Source of the DNA: a virus
Virus record (IMG/VR): IMGVR_UViG_3300042402_001868
Coordinates: 91,923-155,922 of that record
Length of the DNA stretch: 64,000 nt
Strand: one strand, 5' to 3'
Part shown: piece by piece, positions 45,418-55,253 of the stretch
How positions within the stretch are numbered: position 1 is the stretch's first letter
How the letters are laid out: each line of letters opens with the position of its first letter
Made by a program: the position numbers and the translations under genes
Notes under the pieces: model-generated
The model's input: the letters and a program-made list of their open reading frames with translations, nothing else
What the model was told of the DNA's origin: nothing
Database searches by the model: none

Positions 45418-48074
45418 TCGAATGCAAATAAACTGGTAAATGTATTTTCCGTGTTGGTTGCTGCCGCCAAGTCCCATTCCAACACACCCAGCAAGTTGTC
45501 AACCTTTTGATCCACAACAGTTGCTTCCATCAGTCCGTCATCAAATGGTAGTTCGGTAAACCAAGTGGGCAATCTCTGCTCATCTGTAGGATAACCAATG
45601 CTGGTCCACCCAAGAGCATTTGACTTGAGTTTACACACAATAGTTTTCATACCATCCACAATCTGCATACTATAGTTGTCCGAATTCATTCTACGCATTT
45701 GATTCCAGTTCATTGCGGCTCTGACGTGTCCGGGCATGTTGGCTTTGCCCAGTCGGGCTTCTTCTGCCGCATACTTGGTCAAGTTGTTCACACGCTTGGG
45801 CGAACCTTTCTCCCAACCTGGTCTTTCCATAAACTCATACTTGAACTCACGAATACGTGCCACAATAGAATCTCTGTCAGCGCCATGCAATGTACTATTT
45901 AGAATTTCCAACAAGAAGTCTTGAATAACCTTGGGTGTGTCACTGCGTTTCAAGTCCAAGCCCATGGCCTTGGTTTTGCCTTTCTTACCCTCTACATCCA
46001 GTCGCTTGCCCTCAAGGTCAATGATGTTTACAGCATAGCGTTTCTTTGTGATAAACAATCCGCGATCCGCAACCAGTTCACGGCCTGCCGCGATCAACGC
46101 ACCCATCTCTCTTGGGCAGTGAAATGCCTGTTCCATAAAGCCTGGAAAACTATCATTAACTTGTTCAGCAACTGAGTCATACAAGGCAATGGCAGTTTCC
46201 TTTGACCACTGCATGCGACCTTCTTCTACTTCCTTCTTCAGCACCGGCCATGCAGTAAAGTAACAGGAATCTGTGTCGCCATAGATGATAGCTTCGCCTG
46301 TGTGATCATACTTGCCTGTGATACACTCGTTAATGTGTGCATCCATGTGCCGGGCAATAGCACGTCCAGTTAGCGTGGTACTCTGTCCAATTCTATGATC
46401 AAAAAACCTGCAACCTGAATTCAAAATAGCACCATACAACGAGTTCAAGTTAATCTTTTTGACCAGTTGTCGCTTGTCCCAGAACGCTTCTTCTTTTTTG
46501 TCCTTGGCTGTTTTCTTTTTGGCCTGTAGTTCTTTACGCTCACTGTACCAGCGTTCCAACAAGCCTGGAATGATACCCTTCTTCTCGTATGTGAGAATAG
46601 TACCGTTAGCACTCATGATCCAGGGCTGGTTTGAATCAAACATGATAGTCCAAATCTCTGCTGCCGAGTGTGTGCTTTCTGTGCCGTCTTGCCAGTCGAT
46701 GGTGATCTCTGTGCCACGTTGCTGTTCCATCACGGCAGTGTATTCCAAGCTGCCAAACAAGCCCTCCCAAGCAGCCGCAAAACTTGCGCCCTTGGCCATC
46801 TTTTCTTTGATGTAGTGGTCAGTCATGATAGGACGCAGTTGCCCCACCACAGTTTCTGGACCCATGTTCATGGCACGAATGGCCGAAGGATACAGACTGT
46901 TAATGTCAACTGATCCAATCCAATCATGCAAGCCCTTTTTAGGATAAGCTACATACGCACCTGCGGCCTGTGTATCATCATCTGTCAGTCGTTGCTTGCG
47001 ATTGGGTACCACCATGCCACGTTCATGGGCTTCATTGATAATGGCTTGTTCAGTCACTGCCACAGCACCCATTGTGGTCTGGAGCAACACAGTATTAGCA
47101 TGTGCCAGTTCACTTGCTAGAGCCAAGAACTGTAGTTTGCGATCCAGCTTGTGCAACAACAATGTATCTTGACGGTTGTATTCAATAAACTTTTTAAAGT
47201 GTTGATTGTACAACTGATCCAAGGTGCCTTCAAACTGTGTCTTACGCTCATTAAGTTCGTATTCGCCAATGGCATCCAAACTGTATGAGTGACGTTCTTC
47301 ATATGTGTACTTTCGATACAGTTGCATATAGTCCATATGCACACGACCAATCAAGTCATATGTTTGATTCTCACTGCCAAAGCGTTCAAACATACGCATC
47401 TTGGGCAGTTGACCCCACAAGCAAAACTTGCGTGTGTCATCTTTGCTCAACACACGAGTGCAACGATTCACAGTATATGGAATATCATAGCCCTCTGAGT
47501 TCCATCCTGATAACACATCTGCATCCTCAATCAAGTCAAGGAATGTTTTGATCATGTCCTCTTCTCGTTCGAACAGTAGTGTGTTTTCAAAGTCCTTCAC
47601 AAGCTCTTGTGCAGTTTCCCAGGTCAAACCTTTGGGAGGCACCGCCAGTGTGACCAATTGATCCAACCAGTTTAGGTAGACTGAGATTGCAGTGATAGGA
47701 TTAAACGGATCACTCACAGGCGAGAAACCTCGCTCTTTATCAAAGTCCACCTCAATGTCGAAAAATGCAACATTGAGTTCTGGAGCGTCTTGGTCTTTGT
47801 AGTTTTCTTCTAAGCAACGAAAGATGGGATTGATATCACTCTCATACAATTGCTTGCTGGAGTGCATTTTGACTTCCTTGCGGAACTCTTTGTTGTTACG
47901 TGTGCTGAAGCGACTAACAGGTGTGCCGTAAATGCTTTGGAACTTGCCTCTAGCATCGTCATAGTAAAAGATGTAGTTGGCCGGATACTCTTGGTATCGC
48001 CTCACGCCGTCTCGGCGTTCTACAACATGAATGCGATCGTGTTCACGATCATAAAGTGCGTCAATATAACTCAT
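45414..48074 (-). CDS. family B DNA polymerase (T4 gp43-like)
   Basis: FDIE, WNSEGYDIPY, DINSLYPS, KINLNSLYG, YGDTDS, KKRY. Confidence 0.97.
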   Translation of the reverse strand: MSYIDALYDREHDRIHVVERRDGVRRYQEYPANYIFYYDDARGKFQSIYGTPVSRFSTRNNKEFRKEVKMHSSKQLYESDINPIFRCLEENYKDQDAPELNVAFFDIEVDFDKERGFSPVSDPFNPITAISVYLNWLDQLVTLAVPPKGLTWETAQELVKDFENTLLFEREEDMIKTFLDLIEDADVLSGWNSEGYDIPYTVNRCTRVLSKDDTRKFCLWGQLPKMRMFERFGSENQTYDLIGRVHMDYMQLYRKYTYEERHSYSLDAIGEYELNERKTQFEGTLDQLYNQHFKKFIEYNRQDTLLLHKLDRKLQFLALASELAHANTVLLQTTMGAVAVTEQAIINEAHERGMVVPNRKQRLTDDDTQAAGAYVAYPKKGLHDWIGSVDINSLYPSAIRAMNMGPETVVGQLRPIMTDHYIKEKMAKGASFAAAWEGLFGSLEYTAVMEQQRGTEITIDWQDGTESTHSAAEIWTIMFDSNQPWIMSANGTILTYEKKGIIPGLLERWYSERKELQAKKKTAKDKKEEAFWDKRQLVKKINLNSLYGAILNSGCRFFDHRIGQSTTLTGRAIARHMDAHINECITGKYDHTGEAIIYGDTDSCYFTAWPVLKKEVEEGRMQWSKETAIALYDSVAEQVNDSFPGFMEQAFHCPREMGALIAAGRELVADRGLFITKKRYAVNIIDLEGKRLDVEGKKGKTKAMGLDLKRSDTPKVIQDFLLEILNSTLHGADRDSIVARIREFKYEFMERPGWEKGSPKRVNNLTKYAAEEARLGKANMPGHVRAAMNWNQMRRMNSDNYSMQIVDGMKTIVCKLKSNALGWTSIGYPTDEQRLPTWFTELPFDDGLMEATVVDQKVDNLLGVLEWDLAAATNTENTFTSLFAFE

Positions 48075-48170
48075 AGTCTCCGTTTGTGGCCGGTAAGCCG
48101 TGATTCATGCTCGTAACGTGAGCGACCCTAATAATATTTATTTCGTTAAAAATAATCATATAAGTATTTC

Positions 48171-48809
48171 ATGCTTCAATCTAATAGAACTATATCATTC
48201 GGTGCTAGTATTACTGTCGGAGCAGGTGCAGGCGGAATAAACAACGCTTGGTCATCTATTATAGCAAACAAATTAAACAAATCCTATTTGTGTTTAGCCG
48301 AAGCAGAAGCCACTAATACTACTATTGCTCGAAAAATAATTTCAACTGGGTTTTCTCCTAACGATACAGTATTGGTCATGTGGGTCAGTACCACTCGATT
48401 TGAATTTTGGTTAGAAGATCAATGGGTAAAATTTACCCCGTGGTCTGAGCAATCAGGATTTGTTAAAAACTGGTATCAAGGACCTGGGCAATGGGAGTAC
48501 ACGGGAATAAGCACCGCCCTCAAAGAAATATATCTTGCACAGTCATATCTCAAATCAAACAACATACCTTATCTGTTTACTATTGACAACAACGAAGTTC
48601 ATAAAAGTTGGTTACTCGAACATGATACTGGGTATATTAAATCATTGTCTCAAATAATTGATTGGTCAAAATTTATATTTTTTGACGGACAAGGATTTAT
48701 ACCGTGGTGTCAAGAAAAACAGTTTAGTCTGTCAACTGATGGTCATCCAGGCGCCGAAGCCCACCAAGCCGCCGCTAGATATATTTTAGATAATTGTGTT
48801 ATTCAATAA
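48171..48809 (+). CDS. SGNH-like protein
   Basis: FGASITVG, DGHPGAEAH. Confidence 0.6.
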   Translation: MLQSNRTISFGASITVGAGAGGINNAWSSIIANKLNKSYLCLAEAEATNTTIARKIISTGFSPNDTVLVMWVSTTRFEFWLEDQWVKFTPWSEQSGFVKNWYQGPGQWEYTGISTALKEIYLAQSYLKSNNIPYLFTIDNNEVHKSWLLEHDTGYIKSLSQIIDWSKFIFFDGQGFIPWCQEKQFSLSTDGHPGAEAHQAAARYILDNCVIQ

Positions 48810-49373
48810 TGTTATCAACTGTTGAAATACTGCGTTATGTCCTTGTGCAGATAGGTGATTAATTGTTCCGGGATATTTTTTCCAGATTTGATGTAAAGAT
48901 TTAAGTGGAAAATCTGTTGTCACTATTTCATCAAAAAAACTAATTACACAACATGGCTTATTGTGTTTTTTTAGATATTGTATGTCCCAATTAATAGTTA
49001 CCAACTGTTGAAACCGGGCTTGCTCAAGATTAAAAATTTTTTCAAACCACCATATGACATGATCTTTGTTGTGACTTGGTTTTTTATGAAGCACATCGGT
49101 ATATAATAAATCAGAGTTATAGTGAGTCTGATGTTTGTTATCATAAAACGGATTTGATTCAACATATATGCGATATGGACTAGTGACCAACATCAAAACG
49201 CCATTGTACTGCTCAACAGGAACAGACATTAATTGTTGATGTATTTTATACTGGCCAACACCGTTCTGTCCTAGATTAGTGACAGTATAGTAGTTGTTAA
49301 GTTGGTTATGCCAACTGCAGGTTTCTTGATTGGGCGAACAAAAACTATCACCTACAATAAGTAATTTTTTCAT
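48786..49373 (-). CDS. SGNH-like protein
   Basis: VGDSF, NLGQNGVG, NHLSAQGH. Confidence 0.6.
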   Translation of the reverse strand: MKKLLIVGDSFCSPNQETCSWHNQLNNYYTVTNLGQNGVGQYKIHQQLMSVPVEQYNGVLMLVTSPYRIYVESNPFYDNKHQTHYNSDLLYTDVLHKKPSHNKDHVIWWFEKIFNLEQARFQQLVTINWDIQYLKKHNKPCCVISFFDEIVTTDFPLKSLHQIWKKYPGTINHLSAQGHNAVFQQLITLLNNTII

Positions 49374-49408
49374 AATTACTTGAAATAGTGTTGAAATACA
49401 GAATACAT

Positions 49409-49672
49409 TTAGAGTGTTTTGCCCACAGTTTCCAAAATAGTTTCTAGTGTTTCGTGGTCTTGTTTCTCTTGACCAAAGCTGGCTTTGTGTGCTAGTTTGA
49501 CTGCCTTCTTGAGAATAGCAGGTTTGACTTCAAGTTCTTCTGCTACTGCTTTGATGGTGTCATTGAGACCACCTTGTAAGGTATCAATCTCATGCATGAC
49601 TTGCATGCCCTCGTTGATAATTTGTACGAGTTTGATCTTTTGATCGCCATTGAAAGTTTTGGGTTGTGACAT
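49409..49672 (-). CDS. small dsDNA-binding protein (T4 DsbA/GapR-like)
   Basis: Helical 87 aa, IKAVAEELEVKPAILKKAVKLAHK; AAGGAG RBS. Confidence 0.55.
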   Translation of the reverse strand: MSQPKTFNGDQKIKLVQIINEGMQVMHEIDTLQGGLNDTIKAVAEELEVKPAILKKAVKLAHKASFGQEKQDHETLETILETVGKTL

Positions 49673-49758
49673 AAAATACTCCTTGTTTTTCTATTATACA
49701 TTTGCTCTAGAACAAAGTCAAATACTGTTTTACCGTATTAAACTCATGTAAATATGAT

Positions 49759-50406
49759 ATGACCTCCAATATCACATTAACGTTTGTTCCGTCTCCTCAC
49801 CCTAGAGTGTTCCAACTTCGGGTTAATTTGCCCTATCGTACCGAGGACGTGATTGCTGAATTAGAAAACGAAAATTGGGTGCCGCCGGCGGAGACCACTA
49901 TGTGGCCGGATCATAAGTGGACTGCGGTAAGATTTAAAGTGTGTCCTCCCAGTGCCCACAGCAAGATATTATGGCAAATTTCTAATTTTTTCTCTTCAGA
50001 TAAACTCAAGCGTCAAGTTGTAAACCATCTGTTTGAAAACATTCCTGGATTTGATGTTGAGTACATGATGAACGTTGATCAGATGTGTAGCAAAACTATT
50101 TTTCATGGTGAATTTACCAAAGACATGCCTGGTTTTGTAAATGTAATGCACACGGACTATAGACTGTTGGTAGCAACTGGAATGGTTTATTTTAGTACCA
50201 TTGACAATCCTGATATAAGCTCTTATTTTTATACATCGGCACAAAGAGATAACCCATTTAGAATGTCAACTGAGTTTGGCGACGGCTGGTTTCATGCCAA
50301 TGGCAATGATACCTATCACGAAGGATGGAATCGCACCGAACAAGTTAGATATTCGTGTTTGCTGGGACTGACACTAAATGTCACTCCTGTGACCAGTCGT
50401 TCTTGA
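49759..50406 (+). CDS. 2OG-Fe(II) oxygenase-like protein
   Basis: MHTD...TYHEG...R.S. Confidence 0.6.
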   Translation: MTSNITLTFVPSPHPRVFQLRVNLPYRTEDVIAELENENWVPPAETTMWPDHKWTAVRFKVCPPSAHSKILWQISNFFSSDKLKRQVVNHLFENIPGFDVEYMMNVDQMCSKTIFHGEFTKDMPGFVNVMHTDYRLLVATGMVYFSTIDNPDISSYFYTSAQRDNPFRMSTEFGDGWFHANGNDTYHEGWNRTEQVRYSCLLGLTLNVTPVTSRS

Positions 50407-51604
50407 TAATATCATAAAATTCAGGGAATGTAGAAGCAAACTTTTGCTTACGTCTTGCATCTAGTCCGTTAGTGACTCTTATAAACTCTTCCCAGTCGCC
50501 ATCCTTGAGTATAGGCTCATTCATATAAGATATAAGTGGCGTTACGTTGCGTTGAAATGTTTTGTCCTGATATTGTGATAATTTATTTTCAATTTGTTTT
50601 TTAGCATGCTCAGGTATGGCTTTTACATTCACGTGTCTAGGCATGTGTGCAATATTGAAATGGCAATGCCAGCCCCGATCTTGAAAATACTTCCATATTT
50701 CATCAACATAGTACATGTTTAAAATACTCACAGTAATACATATGCTCACATTATGTTTGCCCATGTATTGTTTTTTAAAGTTGTCATATTTTTCAATGTT
50801 TGAACTTATAGTAGCCCATGATTCACCGTATCGGGTGTAGTCAAAATGATCATACAATCCATCAACACTGACATCAAAATACACCTGTTTAAACTTACTC
50901 AATATATCAATGTGTGCTTGATTCCAAATAGTACCATTGGAGTTAAAATGCAATATTTGATTGTCAGCATTGCCTTGGTCAATACTTGATTGTAACACAT
51001 CAAACAATTTATCAATCATCATTGGTTCGGCACCATAGATGTCCACGTATCGAACTTGCGGAAACCACTCTGCTAAACTAGACCATAGTTGTTCATTGTT
51101 AGCAGCATAACTAAGTTTGCCTGTTAAATACCTTGCGTCTAGATATTGCCGATAGTCTTTGAATTGGTTGGTATGTTGATCAATCACATGCCACCAATCA
51201 GCGTACCACTTACTGCTGACATCAGGATTACAAGTTCGACAAGCTAAATTGCATAAGTTACCTAACTTTAAATCCATCAACATTGGTGTGGTAGAATCTT
51301 CTGGAACAACAATGTTATCATCACGCAGATGATGCATTCGTCTGCTGGTGCCGCCAACATTTTCTTCGTCCCAGCAGGCATTACAACTGGGATGCTGAAT
51401 ACCATTATCAAGTGCGTCTTGAATCTCGCGCCTGGTTGGACTTTCCCATGCATCTTTTAATGTATGCGTATGCCAGTAGATTGGCTGTTGATTCTCATCT
51501 TGCAAATATGTTCTGCTCTGGCAGCATAACAATGCGCCACCTCGGTTGTGCAAGGCCAACCCTGCATCGGCCCACTTGCAATAATACTTGGATTCTCTAT
51601 TCAT
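50381..51604 (-). CDS. radical SAM protein with N-terminal Cys domain
   Basis: CNLACRTC, YGAEP, SVDG. Confidence 0.88.
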   Translation of the reverse strand: MNRESKYYCKWADAGLALHNRGGALLCCQSRTYLQDENQQPIYWHTHTLKDAWESPTRREIQDALDNGIQHPSCNACWDEENVGGTSRRMHHLRDDNIVVPEDSTTPMLMDLKLGNLCNLACRTCNPDVSSKWYADWWHVIDQHTNQFKDYRQYLDARYLTGKLSYAANNEQLWSSLAEWFPQVRYVDIYGAEPMMIDKLFDVLQSSIDQGNADNQILHFNSNGTIWNQAHIDILSKFKQVYFDVSVDGLYDHFDYTRYGESWATISSNIEKYDNFKKQYMGKHNVSICITVSILNMYYVDEIWKYFQDRGWHCHFNIAHMPRHVNVKAIPEHAKKQIENKLSQYQDKTFQRNVTPLISYMNEPILKDGDWEEFIRVTNGLDARRKQKFASTFPEFYDIIKNDWSQE

Positions 51605-52483
51605 TTAAAGTACAATTTCAAAGTCTACATCTGTGCTGTCAATACGGAAAGCAGGGCTAGCCATCAAATCCAACAATGCTTGATCCTTGTTTCTAATCTG
51701 CCCTAATGGAAAATCACCTAGCACAGTCTGATAGTCCACATTATTATTGGCCATCCATTGTTTAAACTCGTTGCTTTGATACATAGCACTACGATTGGTA
51801 GATGTAACTAATTTACACCCGCCGTGACTGAGATGGTGTCCGGTGGTGTCCCAATGTTTTGGATCATCGTTGTCTAGAAAACTCTGCATGGTTGATTTGC
51901 CGTGAATTGCTTGATCCAATATCAAATCTGCTTGTTGAAAACTATGACAACCTACAAAGGGTTCTAGATCTACACTGGGGATAGTTGGAAATCCATGAGC
52001 CGATGTTTCAGGCCAGAGGTTGAGTTCCACGCTGTATTCAGGCGCAAAGGTGCTTCTTGGCCACTCAGTTAAAAATCTTTCCCATATATGCACAACCTGA
52101 TTAAGCTCGTGTAACCAATGATACTCATGCGCCAGCTCTTGATATGCCAGGGCCTGATCAATTTTTTTAGATTCATCTGTGAACCAACGATGCCACACAT
52201 TCAAGTGATGTTGTGTGACTTGGTCAGCACTAGAGACTGGCAACGGAATAGGAGTAGTTGATCCTGACAATTCCTGTTGTACTTGTTGTTGGTGCTGCCA
52301 GGCTTTTGCATGATCGTCTGCGCCTGTAACAGGATAGCCAGGCAGTGGTTGTCGGACTGCTTTGCGAACATTGGGCAATTTTGTGCAATGTTCGGCCCAG
52401 GCTCTCACTCCTGGATTGTCAATCAAGTCAATTATCATTGGAATTGTTTGTGACTGAACGTGAAATGTAAGATTTAGTTGCAT
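51605..52483 (-). CDS. hypothetical protein
   Basis: LNVWHRWF, LNQVVH..E, GKS..Q.F.DND. Confidence 0.65.
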   Translation of the reverse strand: MQLNLTFHVQSQTIPMIIDLIDNPGVRAWAEHCTKLPNVRKAVRQPLPGYPVTGADDHAKAWQHQQQVQQELSGSTTPIPLPVSSADQVTQHHLNVWHRWFTDESKKIDQALAYQELAHEYHWLHELNQVVHIWERFLTEWPRSTFAPEYSVELNLWPETSAHGFPTIPSVDLEPFVGCHSFQQADLILDQAIHGKSTMQSFLDNDDPKHWDTTGHHLSHGGCKLVTSTNRSAMYQSNEFKQWMANNNVDYQTVLGDFPLGQIRNKDQALLDLMASPAFRIDSTDVDFEIVL

Positions 52484-52529
52484 ACGAACTTCTTTCTATT
52501 AAATATAATACACTCTTACTTAAAGGATT

Positions 52530-53903
52530 TTGATGTCATTGGAAAATAATATTGCGGTTGTGTTATATGACAACAGCACCGTAGACTGGGCAGACTTGGC
52601 CATTCGAATGATGGATTTCACTCGATTTAGACTAGCAGACATAGAATCAAACAAGAGTAACTATTGGGTTGAAACAAAAGATATTGACCATGCACTGTTG
52701 ACCATGCCAGAACATTATGAATGGGCAGTGGTTATTACTTCTGGTAACATGGTTTTTGACAATTCAATCATGCAAAAAATTGTTGATCATTGCAAAGAAA
52801 ATGCTTCGCCACTGGCTGGCCATATTATTGCTCGCCACGGATATTATCATCTACACCCACAGTTTTTTTGCATAAACATAAAATCCTACAAACAGTTTGG
52901 TCAGTCGTTGATACCACTGCCTGGCATCACTTCGGTTGATTCTCCCACAGTGCATCGTAGCGATACCAATGTACACGATGACTACACACCGTGGTGGATT
53001 CGACCAACAGACAATGATAATATTGTTTCACAACCAGTAGATCACGACAATTTTGCACAACGATACATGGCCTGGGCAATCAGTCAAGGACACAAACTGG
53101 TAAATGTGCCAGAGTATGTGCGTAATCAAAAAATGTATAGCTATGTTGATTACAGTCATGAAGACATACGAAAATTCATAATTGACACAACCTACCGTCC
53201 TAATGTGCAGGGTGGCATATCACAATTTCTTGACTACATGAGATACGCAGACGAATCACTTGATCGTGGGTTTTATGTGCTCAATACTGAACAGTTTTTA
53301 CCAGTGACTGGAGATCCGGGCAGTATAAAAATATTTGCCGGAGTTTGCGGTGGGATCAAGCCAGCAATGATTGTTGCTCAACCAGCATTTGATGTTGACT
53401 GTAAAATAATTTTATTTGACATCAGTGGCACAGCAATAGAGTGGCAAAAACATCTACGTAGTGCCTGGGACGGAAATCTTGACAATTTTCAGTCAGTATT
53501 TGATAGTTTTATAACACAACATCCAGATGCGCAACCTTGTTATTTTTCACACCTGGGCATTGATGGAAACATTGATTGGTTTCTAAGAGACAGATTTACT
53601 CGTGAACAAGTTTATAATGCTTGGCAACGCTGGATCAAGTTGGATGTAGAATACATCAAGTGTAATTTACTAGAACTACTGGCTCAACGACATTTGTTAG
53701 ATCGTGTGCATAGCCTGCCAGGAACTGCGTACATATGGACCAGCAATTTGTTCAGCATGGATTGGATGATGTTTTTTTACGGAAACGAATGGAGCAAATT
53801 AATCAATCGCACTTGGTTGAATCGGGTGCTTGATCTGGGACAGTCAATTATATTAGAAAATCTTGGAACTGTGGTGCGTTCACGTGACATGGATAATGAC
53901 TAA
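52530..53903 (+). CDS. hypothetical protein
   Basis: 457-aa ORF with AAAGGA RBS. Confidence 0.7.
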   Translation: MMSLENNIAVVLYDNSTVDWADLAIRMMDFTRFRLADIESNKSNYWVETKDIDHALLTMPEHYEWAVVITSGNMVFDNSIMQKIVDHCKENASPLAGHIIARHGYYHLHPQFFCINIKSYKQFGQSLIPLPGITSVDSPTVHRSDTNVHDDYTPWWIRPTDNDNIVSQPVDHDNFAQRYMAWAISQGHKLVNVPEYVRNQKMYSYVDYSHEDIRKFIIDTTYRPNVQGGISQFLDYMRYADESLDRGFYVLNTEQFLPVTGDPGSIKIFAGVCGGIKPAMIVAQPAFDVDCKIILFDISGTAIEWQKHLRSAWDGNLDNFQSVFDSFITQHPDAQPCYFSHLGIDGNIDWFLRDRFTREQVYNAWQRWIKLDVEYIKCNLLELLAQRHLLDRVHSLPGTAYIWTSNLFSMDWMMFFYGNEWSKLINRTWLNRVLDLGQSIILENLGTVVRSRDMDND

Positions 53904-54551
53904 GTCTTTGTAGGTGTATTTTTTACTTCTTAGCCAATTGTTGCTGGCATGCATTTGTATTCTAGGAAACATCCCCACAGTCCCGAGCTTGTATTGATAT
54001 ATGCCATCTAATTCGTGACAATCAGTGAATTCTGGTTTGACGCTACAGCTACAGTGATCAAGCCAGTATTCATCAGATAGATTGTTTATATTAACAGCAG
54101 TGCTGTGATTTTTTCTAAAGTCAACACGGTACAGTTCTAACTCATGTGATGATTCAAACTCGTTTTTCCATACAAAAGTTTTGAAACTAGGATCCTCCAT
54201 TAAAGGAATCACAAGACTATAATTGTTTTCTTTCACATAGTCTGGGCCTAATGTAACATCGTCCACATGCACATGATGCGGTAGGTATTGGCGTTGATAT
54301 CCGCAGTATACACTGGCAGGATCAAGCCTTCGGCGAACAATTTTAGAAATCAATTCTAAAGCTGGATCGCCCTTGCCAAAAATTACTCTTCTGTCTATGA
54401 CATTACGCCCTGGCAGATGCCATATCATGTATGCTAGATCCTTACGCATGTCTCGGTCAACACCTTCGGGTTCAATTCTCCGAGCCATGTCGTCTTGCAG
54501 CCATTTGAGCTCGTCGGGAGTGATAATATCTAGGGATTCAACTTTGCTCAT
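53880..54551 (-). CDS. 2OG-Fe(II) oxygenase/cupin-like protein
   Basis: HVD, QMH; paralog of 1143..1868. Confidence 0.55.
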   Translation of the reverse strand: MSKVESLDIITPDELKWLQDDMARRIEPEGVDRDMRKDLAYMIWHLPGRNVIDRRVIFGKGDPALELISKIVRRRLDPASVYCGYQRQYLPHHVHVDDVTLGPDYVKENNYSLVIPLMEDPSFKTFVWKNEFESSHELELYRVDFRKNHSTAVNINNLSDEYWLDHCSCSVKPEFTDCHELDGIYQYKLGTVGMFPRIQMHASNNWLRSKKYTYKDLVIIHVT

Positions 54552-55251
54552 TTAACTGGTCCTTGAAACTGTTTAAAATAATAGATTGCCAATAGGACAT
54601 GTCAGGCTGTCCGTGAACTATGATGTGTAATCGATCTTGGTCACTGTCATTGAATGCCGCATGTTCATATGATGTGTTAAAATAAAACATACTACCGGAG
54701 TCTCTGAAAGGTACCGTGCCACCTGTACTTGTTAATCTACACCCAGCAGGGTTGCTTAAACTCATGTTGATAGCACCTCCAACATGGTAATTGTCGTTAT
54801 CCGCATGTGGCTCTATAAAACCACCTGGTTGTAGCAACATAAATCTCACACGCTGAAATTTAACGTAGTGAAAGTGATTGCGAAAAAAATCAACAGTGAC
54901 TGGACAATCTTTTTCAATGTCGGTCCAGGCAAACGTTGCTGTGTCGTCAGTTAATCCATAGCTGGCAGCACTGTTTGTGTGTTCTGCACTGATGCCATGA
55001 ATGCACAAACTCAACCATCCTGTGCCATTTTCGCCACGATGATCCACAAATCTATGTCTTAGTTGACCAGCTTCGGATAACATTTCTGCATAGGGAGGAT
55101 CAAGGCCTTGAAGTTCTAACCATGGTAGTCGACTTTCCTTCATGATCCAGTCTACAAGATTCTTACCTTGACCAGGCGATGGAATCATTGATGTGCAAAT
55201 ATCTTTATGAACTTGTATAAATTCGCGGGTCTGATCCATCAATGTTTTCAC
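54538..55251 (-). CDS. Asp/Asn beta-hydroxylase-like 2OG oxygenase
   Basis: RVRFMLLQPGGFIEPHAD, HAAFNDSDQDRLHII. Confidence 0.75.
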   Translation of the reverse strand: MKTLMDQTREFIQVHKDICTSMIPSPGQGKNLVDWIMKESRLPWLELQGLDPPYAEMLSEAGQLRHRFVDHRGENGTGWLSLCIHGISAEHTNSAASYGLTDDTATFAWTDIEKDCPVTVDFFRNHFHYVKFQRVRFMLLQPGGFIEPHADNDNYHVGGAINMSLSNPAGCRLTSTGGTVPFRDSGSMFYFNTSYEHAAFNDSDQDRLHIIVHGQPDMSYWQSIILNSFKDQLNEQS

Positions 55252-55253
55252 AA

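Noticed and set aside
45414-48074. Intein or intron in the DNA polymerase
   Set aside because: The length is normal, motifs are contiguous and no intein termini are visible.
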